Shown piece by piece: positions 1-12,546 of a stretch of DNA of 64,000 nucleotides. Below the pieces are notes generated by a model. The model did no database searches. It saw nothing but the letters and a program-made list of their open reading frames with translations, and had not been told where the DNA came from. Origin of the DNA: Sphyrna mokarran (Eukaryota). The stretch lies in contig JAGIQG010000014.1 of assembly GCA_024679065.1 (NCBI GenBank), positions 7,440,001 through 7,504,000 on the forward strand, read 5' to 3'. The first letter of the stretch is position 1; the number at the start of each line of letters is the position of its first letter. The position numbers and the translations under genes are program-made.

Positions 1-959
1 GCTACCTCCTGCCATCCACAACTTGTGGGACAAGGCTCCTCCCACATGGTGAAAAATCCCTATCAATAGTTTGATGGGATCACATTCTTCAATAATGCTG
101 ACAACTGTAAATGAAGCCGATGCATAAATTCATGAGCATGCAAAGTGCAACTCTCGTCTTTCAAACGGACGCTCATTTCATTAAAAAACCTCTTCTCATT
201 TTGCCCCTTCCTCATGCTGGGACGCTCCCGTGATTAGCAAGTCATCCCAGTACATCACAAGTTGAGAAACGCCCTCCAATGAATTTTACAACATTTGTTC
301 GTAATAGCACAGTCCAAAATGCCCCAACACGTATGGTTGTACACCAATATCATGCTTTATATGATATAATGGGATTTGGTGCTAACTTATCACCTGGAAT
401 CTTCAGCGAAAGCCATCTGCTGAATGGCGTGACTGATTTCTAACCAGGTGCACTAAATGTTCGCTGCTGAATGGGCATAGCTATCGTCAATTATGAGAAA
501 GGTGTATCTACCTATCTCAGATTGTTAGTTCACAGTTCATTTATAATGCCCACGTGCTGTTACAGTGAGTTTTTTTTTAATACGGAGTATGCGCACACAG
601 CACATTCAGAAAACTGGAGAGCTCTTATGACACCTGAAGGTTCCGATCTTCACAACTCCACTTCTGTCTTATCACCGAGGGCATACAGCATTGTGCAGAC
701 ACGAAAAAAAGTAGAAATTGCCTGGGCATTCAAATAGTTATGACTTTCACCCTTTTATTCTTACTGATTCCTTCCGGAAAACCGCTGAGCGCCTGTAAAG
801 TAGCTGCTGAAATGTTCCATTCCGATTGTTTAGTATCTCGTGGACAAAATTTTATTTGCTTCAACTACCCTTTACTTCTGAAACTGGATCTGTGATTCTC
901 AATGACTCAACAAGTAAATGTGCTGTTTAAACTTTGGTTAGGGTGCTGTAACATTAGCT

Positions 960-2420
960 GACCCTACTCTCTTCAACGAGGTGATCTTTTCCCGTCAAAG
1001 CTGCTTTAAATCTCCTGTCCCTTAGTTTAAATCTTTGGCCGCCTGGTTACTCACCCCTCTTCTCAGGAGAAACATTCTTTCCTTTTTACCCTATATATAT
1101 CCCCCATTTTTTTTACACCTCTGTCATGTCAACTCTCAGCACTCTATTACAGCCCCAACTTACTAGCCGCTCCTTATAGCTAAAGTACGCTAGGCCAGGC
1201 AAGAAACTGGTGAACATCCCCTGCACCCTTACTTATGCGGTCACGTCGTTCTTATAGTGCGCTAGCCAATATTACAAACAATATGCTAACTATGGACTAA
1301 CGGGCGTTTTTTTTTTCAGTACATACCAACCTTTTATTCAACATGCAAATCTTGTATTCAGGCAATAGTCTATGTTCTGCATTTAGTTTGTTAATCGCTG
1401 AAGCCCAAATATTTTTACATTTGGTACTCCAACTATTGTGGCAAGCCAACTTGTAAATGTATCTTCTTTCCTATTCAATGATTTTTTTTCTCTATTTTTA
1501 ATTCCCAATTCGTCTTAATGTGTTAAACCATATCCCATACATTTTAAATTTGAGTTAAAACTCTTGGGGCTATTTTAGTGAATGCTTCCTGGCAATCCAA
1601 ATGCAGCACACTTACTTGTTTCCACCTTATCTTTCTTCCTAAAAATATCCTCAATAATCGCTCACAAATTTTTCCTGCTCCGTTTTTTCTTCACAAGTTC
1701 TATGATTTTCCATGCATCTAAATTCAATTTTGCCTAGCAGTGATGTAAATCTATCTGACCTGCAGTTTCCCTTTATCTCCCTGGGATCTTCTTAAATAAC
1801 GGGATTAAGATCATTATTACAATCATTGCGAACATTTCGACAATCCAATTAATTCTAAAAGAGTAAATGCAATTCAAACTCTACCTCGTTGATACCTCAT
1901 TAGAAAACGCTGAACAGTCATTCGAACACTTTGTTCCTGCCAATCCCAAGGATCCCTCCAGTACTGTTTCCTTGTTGATGCTAATACCGGAATTCCTTAG
2001 TTTTAGTAGATATTTGCTTTCACATTGCCTTTGAGTTGTTTCTGAACGTTCGCTTAAACTCCCGTTCACCTTTGTCTAATGGCTACTGTCGCGATTTTCT
2101 TCTCCTTATCTATTTTCAAGAAACATTTACAGATAATTTGTGCACTAGGTTTTGAAGTATATTCTGTTTAATTTATCCTTAACAATTGTTAAACACATTT
2201 TCTTGAACGCTGAAATCTTCTTCAGTTTTGCAACTCCATTTGGCGATGTAATCGTATCATTGACTAATCTTGATAGTCAGGTTCAATGTTACTTATCTCA
2301 TAGGAGGTGTTGTGTCTGAAATGAATGTATATGTATTTAAAATTGTGTGCTAACTATTTTATGGTTGTAATTTCGTGTCTACAAACATTTAGTTTCAAAT
2401 GCTCTATCAAATTCTTCATT
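960..2420 (-). mobile_element. Old, degraded CR1-type LINE fragments
   Basis: Reverse strand resembles the CR1 ORF2 C-terminus (~1000-1320) and upstream ORF2 pieces. Heavily decayed. Confidence 0.5.
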
Positions 2421-2871
2421 TGAGATCTCATAGTCCAGTACTACGCCATTTGCTAAGATGGGGTTTATGGCGCCAGACTCAGAGGTAGCTAAATCACATT
2501 TCAACACAAAGCAAATTGCTATCATATTAATTGCAGTTTTCCTAAGAAACAAATCTATTTTAAGATTACCCCTGAAGCTTTCGTTTTTACAAACCACGGT
2601 AGACTTTCTCTGCGTGGTTTGTCTGTGCACTATTTTATAAGACTATCTTGAACGAATTTCATTAAATTTATGAATGAGGTATATTTCCTCTGGAACCTCT
2701 TTCTGTTTATCACTTCTATCGACAGGAGGTTTCCTGATTGACATGTTCAAGTTTGTCACTGAGGTTTTGAATGGACCAAAGTAGAACAGTGTTTTGTTTG
2801 TTTACTGACTGTCACTCACGGCAGGTATTGTGCAAGCGGTTTTTTTTTTCTCAGCTGCGCATGGATTGTTC

Positions 2872-2878
2872 TATAAAG
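2872..2878 (+). promoter_or_regulatory. Candidate TATA box of gene 1
   Basis: TATAAAG 83 nt upstream of the ATG. Gene 4 has TATAAAA at a similar distance. Confidence 0.35.
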
Positions 2879-2954
2879 GAGGACTGGGAGAGCTCGCAGA
2901 AACTTTCTAATGGGAGCTGTAAAACGGAAGACACAGCGAAAAATATTGGAAACA

Positions 2955-3024
2955 ATGGAATGGCCGTTAATTCTACAGATCAAGGATATTTACTATCCCG
3001 TGCTCGTCGCCATTGGTACACCAG
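2955..3024 (+). CDS. GPR139/GPR142-like class A GPCR, gene 1, coding exon 1 (MEWPLILQIKDIYYPVLVAIGTP + G)
   Basis: Not in the ORF track in this frame. ATG at 2955 gives 23 codons homologous to exon 1 of the other three genes (YYPVL.AIG motif), with the same 70-nt length. It ends CCAG|GCAAGT, a GC donor. Confidence 0.85.
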
Positions 3025-3639
3025 GCAAGTCTGTATACCCTGCTGCTGAATAGGTGCTGAATATGTCATTGTTAATGGTTCTGTATTGAAGAGAGAATGT
3101 GCTTGCGGAGTCATTTTATTTCTAGTGAGTTAGCATAGTGAACATTAACGCAATTCGGAGCCCACACAGCCTCTGAGATGTTCTGCTGCTCGGCAGAATG
3201 AGGAACCTTGACTTTGCTGCCTGTAATAAAATGAATGAAATCCCCACCACTCTAGTAGTATAATAAATCACAAAGGAATGTGTTTTGATTTATTATTTCA
3301 AGGTATTGGAGCGGCGTTGACATGACAAGGATTCGTTACCCACTCTCAATTGATGAGTAGATGATGACGATCTTTGTATTTACCCATTGATTTCTTTGAC
3401 CTCTGATTACAGCCCCTTAATAATTATTCATAGAATAATTACGGTTCTGAGGCTTTGATTTTTTTTGACACACATTTTGTTTGTTCCCATGCCAATTCCG
3501 GTTCCACTAGTTCACTTTCAGCTCACGCTCTTCTCCCGCTTCTCCCTCTCGTACATTATAAAGGGAAAGAGAGAGGTGTTTCAAATGATATTCAATTACC
3601 TAAAGTGAAGGTTTTATTTGAATGGATATAGAACAACCA

Positions 3640-4420
3640 CCAAGGAACAGAGAAAGGTACAGCGTAGCAACGGGCCCGTCAGTCCTCCAAGCCTATGCTG
3701 ATCAAGCATATGCACTGAATCATTCCGTTCACATTATCTTCATGTATTAGTCTCGTAGCCCCTTAAATGCTCCTCCCATCACATCCCTGGCCAGCGCGTC
3801 CCAGACATTCAATACACTCGCTGTAAAAAAAAAATGCTTCATTCATCTCCTCTGAAAATTTCCACGTACATGTGAAACCCAAATCCCCGAGTTTCTTTGC
3901 CCCAGAAAAGAGGTTCGGACTCTCCATTCTGTCCATGCCACTCATAATCATGTAAACTTCTAACATGTCACCCCTCAACCTTCATCTTTCCACTGAGAAC
4001 AAACTGTTTATCAAATCTCTCCTCACAGCTAATGCCCTTCAGGCCAGACATCATCCTCGTAAACCTCTTCTGTACCGCCTCTAAAGCATCCACATCCTTC
4101 CGGTAGTGTGGCGACCAGAATTGTAGACAATGTTCTAAATGACGTCTAACTATTGTTCTGTATAGCTGCAGCATGACATGGGTATTCATTTAATGAACGA
4201 CGCGATCAATGAAGGCAAACATGTCATATGCCTTTTTGAGTATTCACCTGTACTGCAGTTTAGTGATGGACTTATATCCCAGGTCTCTCTGCATGTCAAT
4301 ACTCAAAGAACAAAGAACTCGTAAGGGTTCTACCATTTAAAGTATAATCCTAACATGCATTGGATTTTCCAAAATACATCATCTCACGCTTGTCCGGATT
4401 AAACTTACATTTCCAGTTAC
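3640..4420 (-). mobile_element. CR1 LINE 3' fragment
   Basis: Minus ORFs LQLYRTIVRRHLEHCLQFWSPHYRKDVDALEAVQKRFTRM and RGDMLEVYMIM, plus a 3' tail (ggtacagc...gggcccgtcagtcc). Confidence 0.9.
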
Positions 4421-4664
4421 TATGTGAGAATTTTGTTGAATGCTATGTCTCCCTATTTTTGCCGCTGGTTTTCAAATAGATTAAGCGAATTACACGTAAA
4501 ATTGTATAATTTGTTCCATTCATCTCCTGTGGCTACATCGAAACATGGCTCCCTGGATCATACTGTACATGTTTCAGGAGGGATGTTCTTCCCACCCGGC
4601 ACAGCATAGACATGTATGTATTCAGACTCCTTCTTTAAACTCGTCATGAGACCTATGTTCTAGA

Positions 4665-6035
4665 TTCCTGAACATGTATACTGTACAGCACAGTACAGGC
4701 CCTTCAGCCCTTGATGTTGTGCTGAGCTATGTCCAATCCCAAGATCAAGCTATTCCATTCCTTATCATTCTGGTGTGTTCCACGTGCCTATCCAATAACC
4801 GTTTGAAATTAACTAAAATGTCCAACTCCACTATCACAGCAGGCAGTGCATTCCACATCCCAACCATTCTCTGAGTAAAGAATCTACCTCGCTCATCCCT
4901 CCTATATTTCCCACTATGAAACCTACAGTAATGCCCCCTATTAACAGTTACATCCATCCGAGGAAGTAGTCTCTGCACGTCCACTCCTCATCATCATCTT
5001 ATAAACATCTATTAAGTTGCCTCTCATTCTCCGCAGCTCTAAAAAGAAAAGCACCAGGTCCCTCAACCTTTCCTCATAAGACCTATATCCAAACCAGTAG
5101 CATCCTGGGAAATCTTTTCTGCACTCTCTGCAATGCTTGCATATGCTTCTTATAGTGAGGTCACCAGAACTGCACACAATATTCCAAATGTGGTCTCACC
5201 AATGTCCTGTATAGTTGCAGCACAACCCCACAACTCTTAAACTCAAACCAGCTGTTAATAAACGTTAACACATTATAAGCTTCTTCTTGGTTCTATCCAC
5301 TTGAGTGACAACTTTCAGAGATCTATGAATATGAAGACCAACATTTCTTTGTTCTTCCGCATTCCTCAGAACACTGCCATTGACCGTGGAATCTATATTC
5401 AAGTTTGTCCAACAAAATGAATCACCTGGCACTTACCAGGTTAAATTTCTTGTGCCACTTTTCGGCCTAGATCTGCACCCTATCAATGTATCTTTGCAGC
5501 CTACAAGAGCCTTCCAGCTCATCCACTACTCCACCAATCTTGGTGCTGTCAGCAAATTTACTAACCCACCCTTAAGCCCCCTCTTCTAAGTCATTGATAA
5601 AAATCACTAATAATAAGGACCCAGCACTGACCCCATCATACACCGCTGGTAACTGGCCTTCAACCAGAAAATTTTCCCTCCATCACCACCATCTGTCTTC
5701 TACGATAGAACCAGTTACTTTCCAACAAGCCAAATTTTCTTCTATCCCACACCTCCTTGCTTTCTTCTCGAGCCTACCATGGAAAACTTTATCAAACACC
5801 TTACTAAAATCTATGAATACAACATCGACTGTCCTACTTCATCTAGAGACTTAATTATCTCCTCAAAGATTTCAATCAAATTTGCGAAGCAGGGCTTACC
5901 CCTCACAAAACTGTGATGACTGTTCCAGACTAAGCTGCATCTTTCCAAATGGTCATAAATCATATCCCTCAGGATTTGTTGCATTAACTTACCGAACCAT
6001 CGAAGTAAGACTAACTGGACTATAATTACCAATAT
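4665..6035 (-). mobile_element. CR1 LINE 3' ~1.4 kb (RT and 3' UTR)
   Basis: SHHSFVRGKPCFANLIEIFEE, RMRGNLIDVYKMM and FFTQRMVGMWNALP motifs. Tail cagcacagtacaggcccttcagccc. Confidence 0.92.
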
Positions 6036-6339
6036 TTCTCAGGAAAAAAAACAGGTTCAACCAATACGCTGGAGAGTTTTGAGGAGTTATAGACAAAATT
6101 TTGTTGATACTGTGTGAATAGGATTGCAAGAGTGGTTAGCACAATACCGTGCAACGTACATGTGAGAAACAAGGATTAGGGGAAAATATGTAGGGCGGAT
6201 GCAGAATTTCACAGGATCGTGTAATTCTACAATGCACAATGCCTTTCCCTGTCGGATGTGCTCAAACTCTATGTTAGAGCACATTACAGAGGCCCTAGCC
6301 CGAAACTGCACATAATTACCCCGCCAAAACCCTTATATA

Positions 6340-6522
6340 TATTGAGGCGCTGAGAAGAAACTCATAAATCTAGCCTATACATCCTTGGACTCGCATCTGG
6401 AGGGAACCCATTCATGCATGGGAAGATTGCGCAACTCCATACAGACACAGAAGGCAGTAATTGACCCCAGCTCCTGAAACTGTGAGGCAGCAACGCTAAA
6501 CACTGTGCTACGGTACCGCCCC
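6340..6522 (-). mobile_element. V-SINE (HE1-like), degraded
   Basis: Reverse complement of the tRNA-like head (cacagtgtttagcgttgctgcctcacag) and of the V core (tgtatggagttgcgca). Confidence 0.7.
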
Positions 6523-6799
6523 AAACGCCGACATCCACTCCCCATCACCCCCACCCCAAAGAAGTAATGGAAATTTCATTCGACCTCAATAAAGTTTCGC
6601 TTCCCCAGAGGTCACTGTTAGGATATTTGCTTTTCGTGATATTAAAACACTGTGTTTGTTTCAGTACAAAATTTCCAAGTTTGCAAATTATACAAAGCTT
6701 GCAAGCATTGTGAACTAGTAAAGGGGTCCTGTCGAAAACTGAAGGAACACTAACGTGTCCTTGCAAAAAGCAGACAGCTGGTAAATTAATTTCAATGTA

Positions 6800-7560
6800 G
6801 AGTAATGTAAAGTAATTTATTTTGATTGGAAGGGCATGAAGAGACAAGACAAGATATTGAGTAAAAAAAAAATGAAGAGAAATTGGGTGTATTTCTGCAT
6901 AAATTATTGAAATTGGCTGGCTATGCTGAGGCAAATGTGCATATAAGGTACAATATATGGGGAGTTATTCATCAGGGCATGGAGTACAAGAACAACGAGT
7001 TAGCGTTGAATTTGTGTAAGACATTATTTCAATCACAAATAGAATATATTTGTTTGAGGTGACACACTTCAGAAAATATGTGCAGGCATTAGAAATAGTG
7101 CAGCCAACATTTAGAAAAAATGTTGCAGTGTTGAGGAACTTCAGTTGTGAATGTAGATTGAAGAAATAAGGATTGTTTACCTCACAGAAACAAAAAAAGG
7201 AGGAAACTTGATTAAAGAATTCAAAATGTTGAGTACAGTATGTTGGGAGAAACAGCTCCCCCTTTTGATAGAATCGCTGACCAGAGGGCATGGATTGGAT
7301 TTATATCACAAATTAAGCCTTATCGGTATAATGATCAATTATGTTCTAAATATGGTGCGTAGTTAGGCTTTGTAATGTAGTGTCAGAGATTATGATGGAG
7401 GCAAGTTCAACCGAAACTGTAAAAATAGAATTAAAATGTTATACGAAAGGTGAGGAATTGCAGATTAACGTATAAAGATAGAAAATGGCGAATTGCTCAT
7501 TCACAGACAATATACAGACATGATGAATACATAGACTCTTTCTACGACTCTGAACTATTT
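6800..7560 (+). mobile_element. Old CR1 LINE 3' fragment
   Basis: Decayed RT C-terminus (ggcatggagtacaagaac..., ttcagttgtgaatgtagattgaagaa...). Confidence 0.65.
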
Positions 7561-8384
7561 TATGATCCAATATCTTTTTTTAGTTATTTAAGTAGAGCCA
7601 TAATTTCAATTGCAATTGTTTCACTTCCTACTTCTGAACCTTTAACTCTTACGCACACCTCAGGTTTCCTGCCCACTTTGTACTCCCATCTGCAAAGCAT
7701 TCCTTGTGGACATCATCCAAAAAATTAAAGTGCATGGAGGAGAACTGGAGAAATTAAAATCTGTCTCCCGCCTCTTTATATTTTTTCCTTCAAGATTGTC
7801 GTTAATATTGGCCTGCTTTGCCAAGATATCAGTTAAATTAATAATGTCTCCGTTCATGATCCGATGTTAACGATTTACAATAATTTTATGAAACTTCTGC
7901 GTATGGTTTATAAAGCTAAAGGGGCTAATTAAGTATAACTGCCAAGTCTTGCTGCTCATCTTTCAGCTTTCCTGAATTTTACCGCGATCGAAGCAATGCC
8001 GTTGTTAATTTTATGTTGCACTTTAAATTTGTTAACTTTGGGAAAGAAAACAATGGAGAAGAATGATGGCTAACCAAAGATTTCGGTTCAGCATCATCGT
8101 CTGAAGTCAATATCCCCTTCATCAGCCCCTTCCACCTCGCCTTGAATCACCAGTGTTTGGGTTTCAAAAACGAGCAGGTTGTTCTTGCTCACCATTGTCC
8201 ATATTGAAGCTGAACTTCTACCTTCTAAATGAAATATCCATTCAGAATGTTCTGTGCCCAATAGTATTAAAACATGAAACCTTGTTTCGAATTATCAGTA
8301 GCAATATATCTGCGCGTTGCCCGACAATATATGACGAGATTTGTATTTGTATCCATTATTTACTCCTGTCTCGCTTTCTTACAG

Positions 8385-9316
8385 TGAACCTTCTAACAAT
8401 AGTGACCCTCTGCAGAGGAAATTGCCACCTTTCGAAAAGTATCTTTATCTATATGGTGGCTATGGCATCTGTAGATCTACTGGCTACACTCGTCTATAGA
8501 ATTGCGCATCAAATTTTTCAGCAACGCTTTCCATATTCATTTTTCTCCTACACTGTCATTTGTAAGCTTATGTTGTACTTGACTTGTACCAGCGTTAGTA
8601 TGTCCGTATGGTTTACAGTTGGATTCACATTTGACCGGTTTGTAGCTATATGTGGTCTGAAACTGAAAACCAGGTATTGCACAGTGAAAACTGCATCTAT
8701 CGTCATTTTTATTGTTTCTGTGTTAATGTTTTTAGAGAACATTCCATTTTGGTTTGCATTTGAACATAAAGAAATAATTGATAATGTTCGCTGGGGTTTC
8801 ATTCCTCGTTTGGCTTTTTTTAGATCACCAGCAGGTGGCGCATACTTCAGATTACAAAGTATTTTAATTTCCTTGATCCCCTTTGCTTTAATATTGCTGC
8901 TTAATTGTTTAACAGTTAGACGCATTGTAATGACAAATATTGCACGCAAGAGACTCCGTGCTCCCAGATCTGGGAATCAGCGTGATCCAGAGATGGAAAA
9001 CCGAAGGAAATCCATTATTTTGCTGTTCGCTGTGTCCGCCAATTTTATATTGCTCAGTCTGACATCAGTGGTGAGTCAGTGGACTGACGCCCTGGTCATA
9101 AATATCAGACCTGTCTATACAGATCCTGCTTATATTGCTAATGAAACAGGATATATGCTAACCCAGTTGAAATCTTGTACAAATACATGCATTTATGCAG
9201 CGACACAAACGAAGTTCAGGGAGGAAATGATTCACGTGGTGAAATCTCCTTGGATATTTATTTCTTCATTCATTAAAAATATGAAAAACCAAACCAAAGC
9301 TATCAGCCCCAGTTAG
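8385..9316 (+). CDS. GPR139/GPR142-like class A GPCR, gene 1, coding exon 2 (spliced protein 333 aa)
   Basis: Acceptor ctcgctttcttacag|TG AAC (G+TG = Val, then TM1 Asn). 7TM motifs: MASVDLL, SVWFTVGFTFDRFVAIC, IPFALILLLN, DPEMENRRKSIILLF, SCTNTCIYA. Stop at 9314-9316. Confidence 0.92.
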
Positions 9317-9560
9317 AATATAATTACAACCCTTGATTCGGCATTGAATATGTATCTTTCAGTTGGAATCACAACGATATCTTGTTCTGATAGAAAAAAA
9401 AACTCAGAAAACGTCTTTGGAGCTTATATTTCATTTCCACTGCTCTCCTATCAGACCAGATCGATTTCCTGCTAAAACAGTGCATTTATATTCGAGATTC
9501 AAAGGGAACCTGAAATTCAGCGATGTAATTGATAATGCCAGAGTCAGTGTTCATCATCGA

Positions 9561-9851
9561 ACCATAGAATCCTACACTGCAGAAGGAGGCCATTCTGTCC
9601 ATCGATTCTGCACCAACTGCAATTCCACCCATGCCCAATTCCCCTAATCGCATGTTTTTCCCCTAGCTAATCCTCCTGTTACTAAGGGGAAATTTAGCAT
9701 CGCCAATCCACCTAGCTTTAGCAGGAAGCCGGTGCACCCTGAAGAAACCCACGGGGGATATGTGCAAACTTCTCATATACAGTGACCCAAGCTGAGAATC
9801 GAACCCATGTCCCTGACGTTGTGAGGCAGCAATGAGCCACTGTGTCACCCC
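9561..9851 (-). mobile_element. V-SINE (HE1-like), near full length, just 3' of gene 1
   Basis: Head acagtggctcattgctgcctcacaacgtcagggacatgggttcgattc (A/B-box-like), V core, and LINE-derived tail ...cttctgcagtgtaggattctat. Confidence 0.88.
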
Positions 9852-10124
9852 GAACTGCCTTACGTTTAATCTACTGAAGTAATATATTCCGTTGGATTAA
9901 CTAATATTTTCATTAAGATTAAAAACACTGGAATCATGTACGTTTCATAGTTTATCAACTATCCGGTTGTAATCATACAACCGTTAGGTTTTTCCCCCAT
10001 TAGGTTTTGCTCTCTCTTGTTTCGAGCAGTAGTAGAAGATAGTCTTGTCTCTTGAGTATTGTCTGATGATTAAGGCAAGAATAACTTGGTTCATACTTGT
10101 GAGGTCAAATTTATTTTTCGAGAT

Positions 10125-11520
10125 AACAAAGAACAAAGAGCAACACAGCACGGGAAACAGGCCCTTCGGCCCAACGAGCCCGAGCCGCCGTCCTAACGTC
10201 TTAATGACATATCCATGACTTTGGGCTATGCCTATTGTGGAAGATTCCCATATAGGGACCAATATAGGGACAATTTGTTACCCAATCAGCCTTAGAGCAC
10301 ATTTTTGGGATGTGGGAGGAAACCGGAGCACCCGGAGAAAATCCACGCAAGCACGGGGAGAATTCACAAACTCCCACAGGCACAGGCCCAATCCATGTAT
10401 CTGCACAGCACAGCGATAGTCACTGAGCTGTCATGTTGCCCATCAGATGGTCCAGTTTAAGCATACACTAACGACGTGAAGTACTAGGCCACTCCTGAAG
10501 CAACATCCAAGAGCAGCCCTCGCACGACCTGCCGAATGCATGCACCTTATTGGTCTACAAGGTGGACCGAATTGCTTGTGGAAACAAATAAGATATTTAG
10601 ACAGTCCTGCTATATCCCTCTATCTGCAGACCGTTCATGTGGCTGTCCAAGAGACCCTTAAACAACCCTAGCGTGCCTGCTCCCACCACCTTACTCGGCA
10701 GTGCATTCCACACCCCCACGACCCTTTGTGTGAAAAACTGCCCTCTAATATTCGTCTTATACATAGCCCCCCTCACTCTAAGGGCCGTGACCCCTCGTTC
10801 TATCCATTTATTAATGGTGGAAAAAGCTACCACCTTTACTCTATTTATACCCCTTATAATCTATATACTCTAATAGATCCCCTCTCACCGACGTCTTTCA
10901 GGGGAAAACAACGCCAGTACGTTCAATTCTTTCTCGTAAGACAGACTTCCATACCAGGGCAGCATCCTGGTAATCTCCTCTGTCACTCTCTCCAGGGCTC
11001 CACACCTTCCGTAGTACGGCGACCAGAACTGGACGCAGTACTCCAAGTGGGGCCTAACCAACGTTCTATACACTTGCAACATCAGACTCCTACTCTTGTA
11101 TTCTATACCCCTTCCTATGAAGGCTAACATACCATACGGTTTCTTTATCACTTCTCCACCTGTACTGACACCTTCAGAGACTTGTGAACCTGCACCCCCA
11201 GGTCTCTCTGCGTCTCTATACTCCGGATAGTTTTACCTTTTATCCTATAACTCCCCTCTACATTATTCCGGCCAAAATGCATCACCTCGCATTTATCCGG
11301 ATTAAATTCCATTTGCCATCTATCTGCCCAATCTACCAGCCTATCTATGTCCTGTTGTATTGCCTGGCACTGCTCCTCAGTACCCGCCAATCCAAGCATC
11401 TCAGTGTCATCAGCAAATTTGCTGATCACACCACCTACCCCCTCTTCCAAGTCATTCATATGAACCACAAATAGAAGAGTTCCTAGTACTGAGCCCTGTG
11501 GCACATCACTAGTGATCTTA
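10125..11520 (-). mobile_element. CR1 LINE, 5'-truncated, with a V-SINE-derived 3' UTR and (TTCTTTG)n tail
   Basis: RT motifs VPQGSVLG, SKFADDT, FNPDKCEVMHFG, RPHLEYCVQFWSP and FFTQRVVGVWNALP, followed on the minus strand by the V core and tail. Confidence 0.92.
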
Positions 11521-11696
11521 ACTTCGCTCTCAGCTGGTCTTGAAAACTTCGATCTATAACAGGGGAACAGATCATTCCGACCAGACAAATATTGGTGACT
11601 TTTACCCAAGAGCCAAGTAAATGATGTCAACATTTTTTCCCGCTGTGTATCAACATCATTAGGCTATAGTTTTATCCACCCACATGTTTATGTTTG

Positions 11697-11775
11697 AACA
11701 AAGAACAAAGAACATCAAAACACATGAAACAAGCCCTTGACCTACGAGCCAACGCCGCCCATTTTAACACTCAAT
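11697..11775 (-). mobile_element. Very short 3' end of the same (TTCTTTG)n-tailed family
   Basis: aacaaagaacaaagaacatc...aagcccttgacctacgagccaacgccgccc. Confidence 0.65.
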
Positions 11776-12546
11776 GAGTGTCTTATTCAAGTCCTCCTTC
11801 TACCTACGACTTTTGTCTACGTCTAGTGGACTCCACAATAAAGAGGTGCACAATAAAGTTTGTGTCTGATATTTCAAAAATATAGATCGGTGAATTCCAC
11901 CATCCCCCAATTCCAAGAACGTTTCTAAAGACGTTCCATCACTCTCAATCGTTTTTATGTTTATTATTTTAACTCTAGTTTTCTGTTCCTGAAATAAGGG
12001 GAGCTGCCTGTTTCTACATATTTCGTATTACTTCGTGTAAAACGTATAGGCACAACTCGACAAGTATGAACCTGAAATGAAACTAAACTAGTGAAAGCCA
12101 GTGAAGTTAAGGTAATTCATTGATAGTTTTGTCTTATAGGTTTGTGTTTCCTTGCTTATGTTGAATAAAGGCGTGAATGTGTCTGATCATTTTAACAGGA
12201 TCCTAAACACCCAGATAACCCCGTGCAGGGAAAGATGTCAAACTGCTCCAAACAGTAACAACCATCCAACGCACCATTCTGCCATATCTACAGACAGGAA
12301 ACATTTGTTGTATTTAATTGAATGCTTGTCCACAGGGCACCACCAGATCTGTACAATCATAATTGTGATCATGAAGCAACAAACATGCTGAAGGCGTGGT
12401 CAAATGTTCAGAAGAATCCTTGCAAAACAAGACCAACATTTCCAAATGAAATTTCTAATCTGGTTATGGAGAGTGTAATGCATAAAAATGGATGAAGTTC
12501 GAATCATAAAATAGTTCATGATACTGTTGAAGGGATTTGGATTAAT

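Noticed and set aside
8153-8384. 77-codon N-terminal extension of the 387-aa ORF
   Set aside because: It starts at GTG, has no similarity to the paralogs and lies upstream of a clear splice acceptor at 8383-8384. It is intronic read-through, and the true N-terminus is exon 2955-3024.
8548-8949. Antisense ORFs over the receptor exons (also 25961-26317 and 40743-41171)
   Set aside because: These are shadow ORFs on the opposite strand of T-rich transmembrane codons, with no independent coding evidence.
9780-9851. tRNA-like sequences at SINE heads
   Set aside because: They are degenerate and followed by the V core and a LINE-like tail, so they are SINE heads, not tRNA genes.
10597-11633. Active reverse transcriptase gene
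   Set aside because: The ORF is fragmented by frameshifts and is 5'-truncated. It is a dead LINE copy, like all RT-like ORFs in the window.
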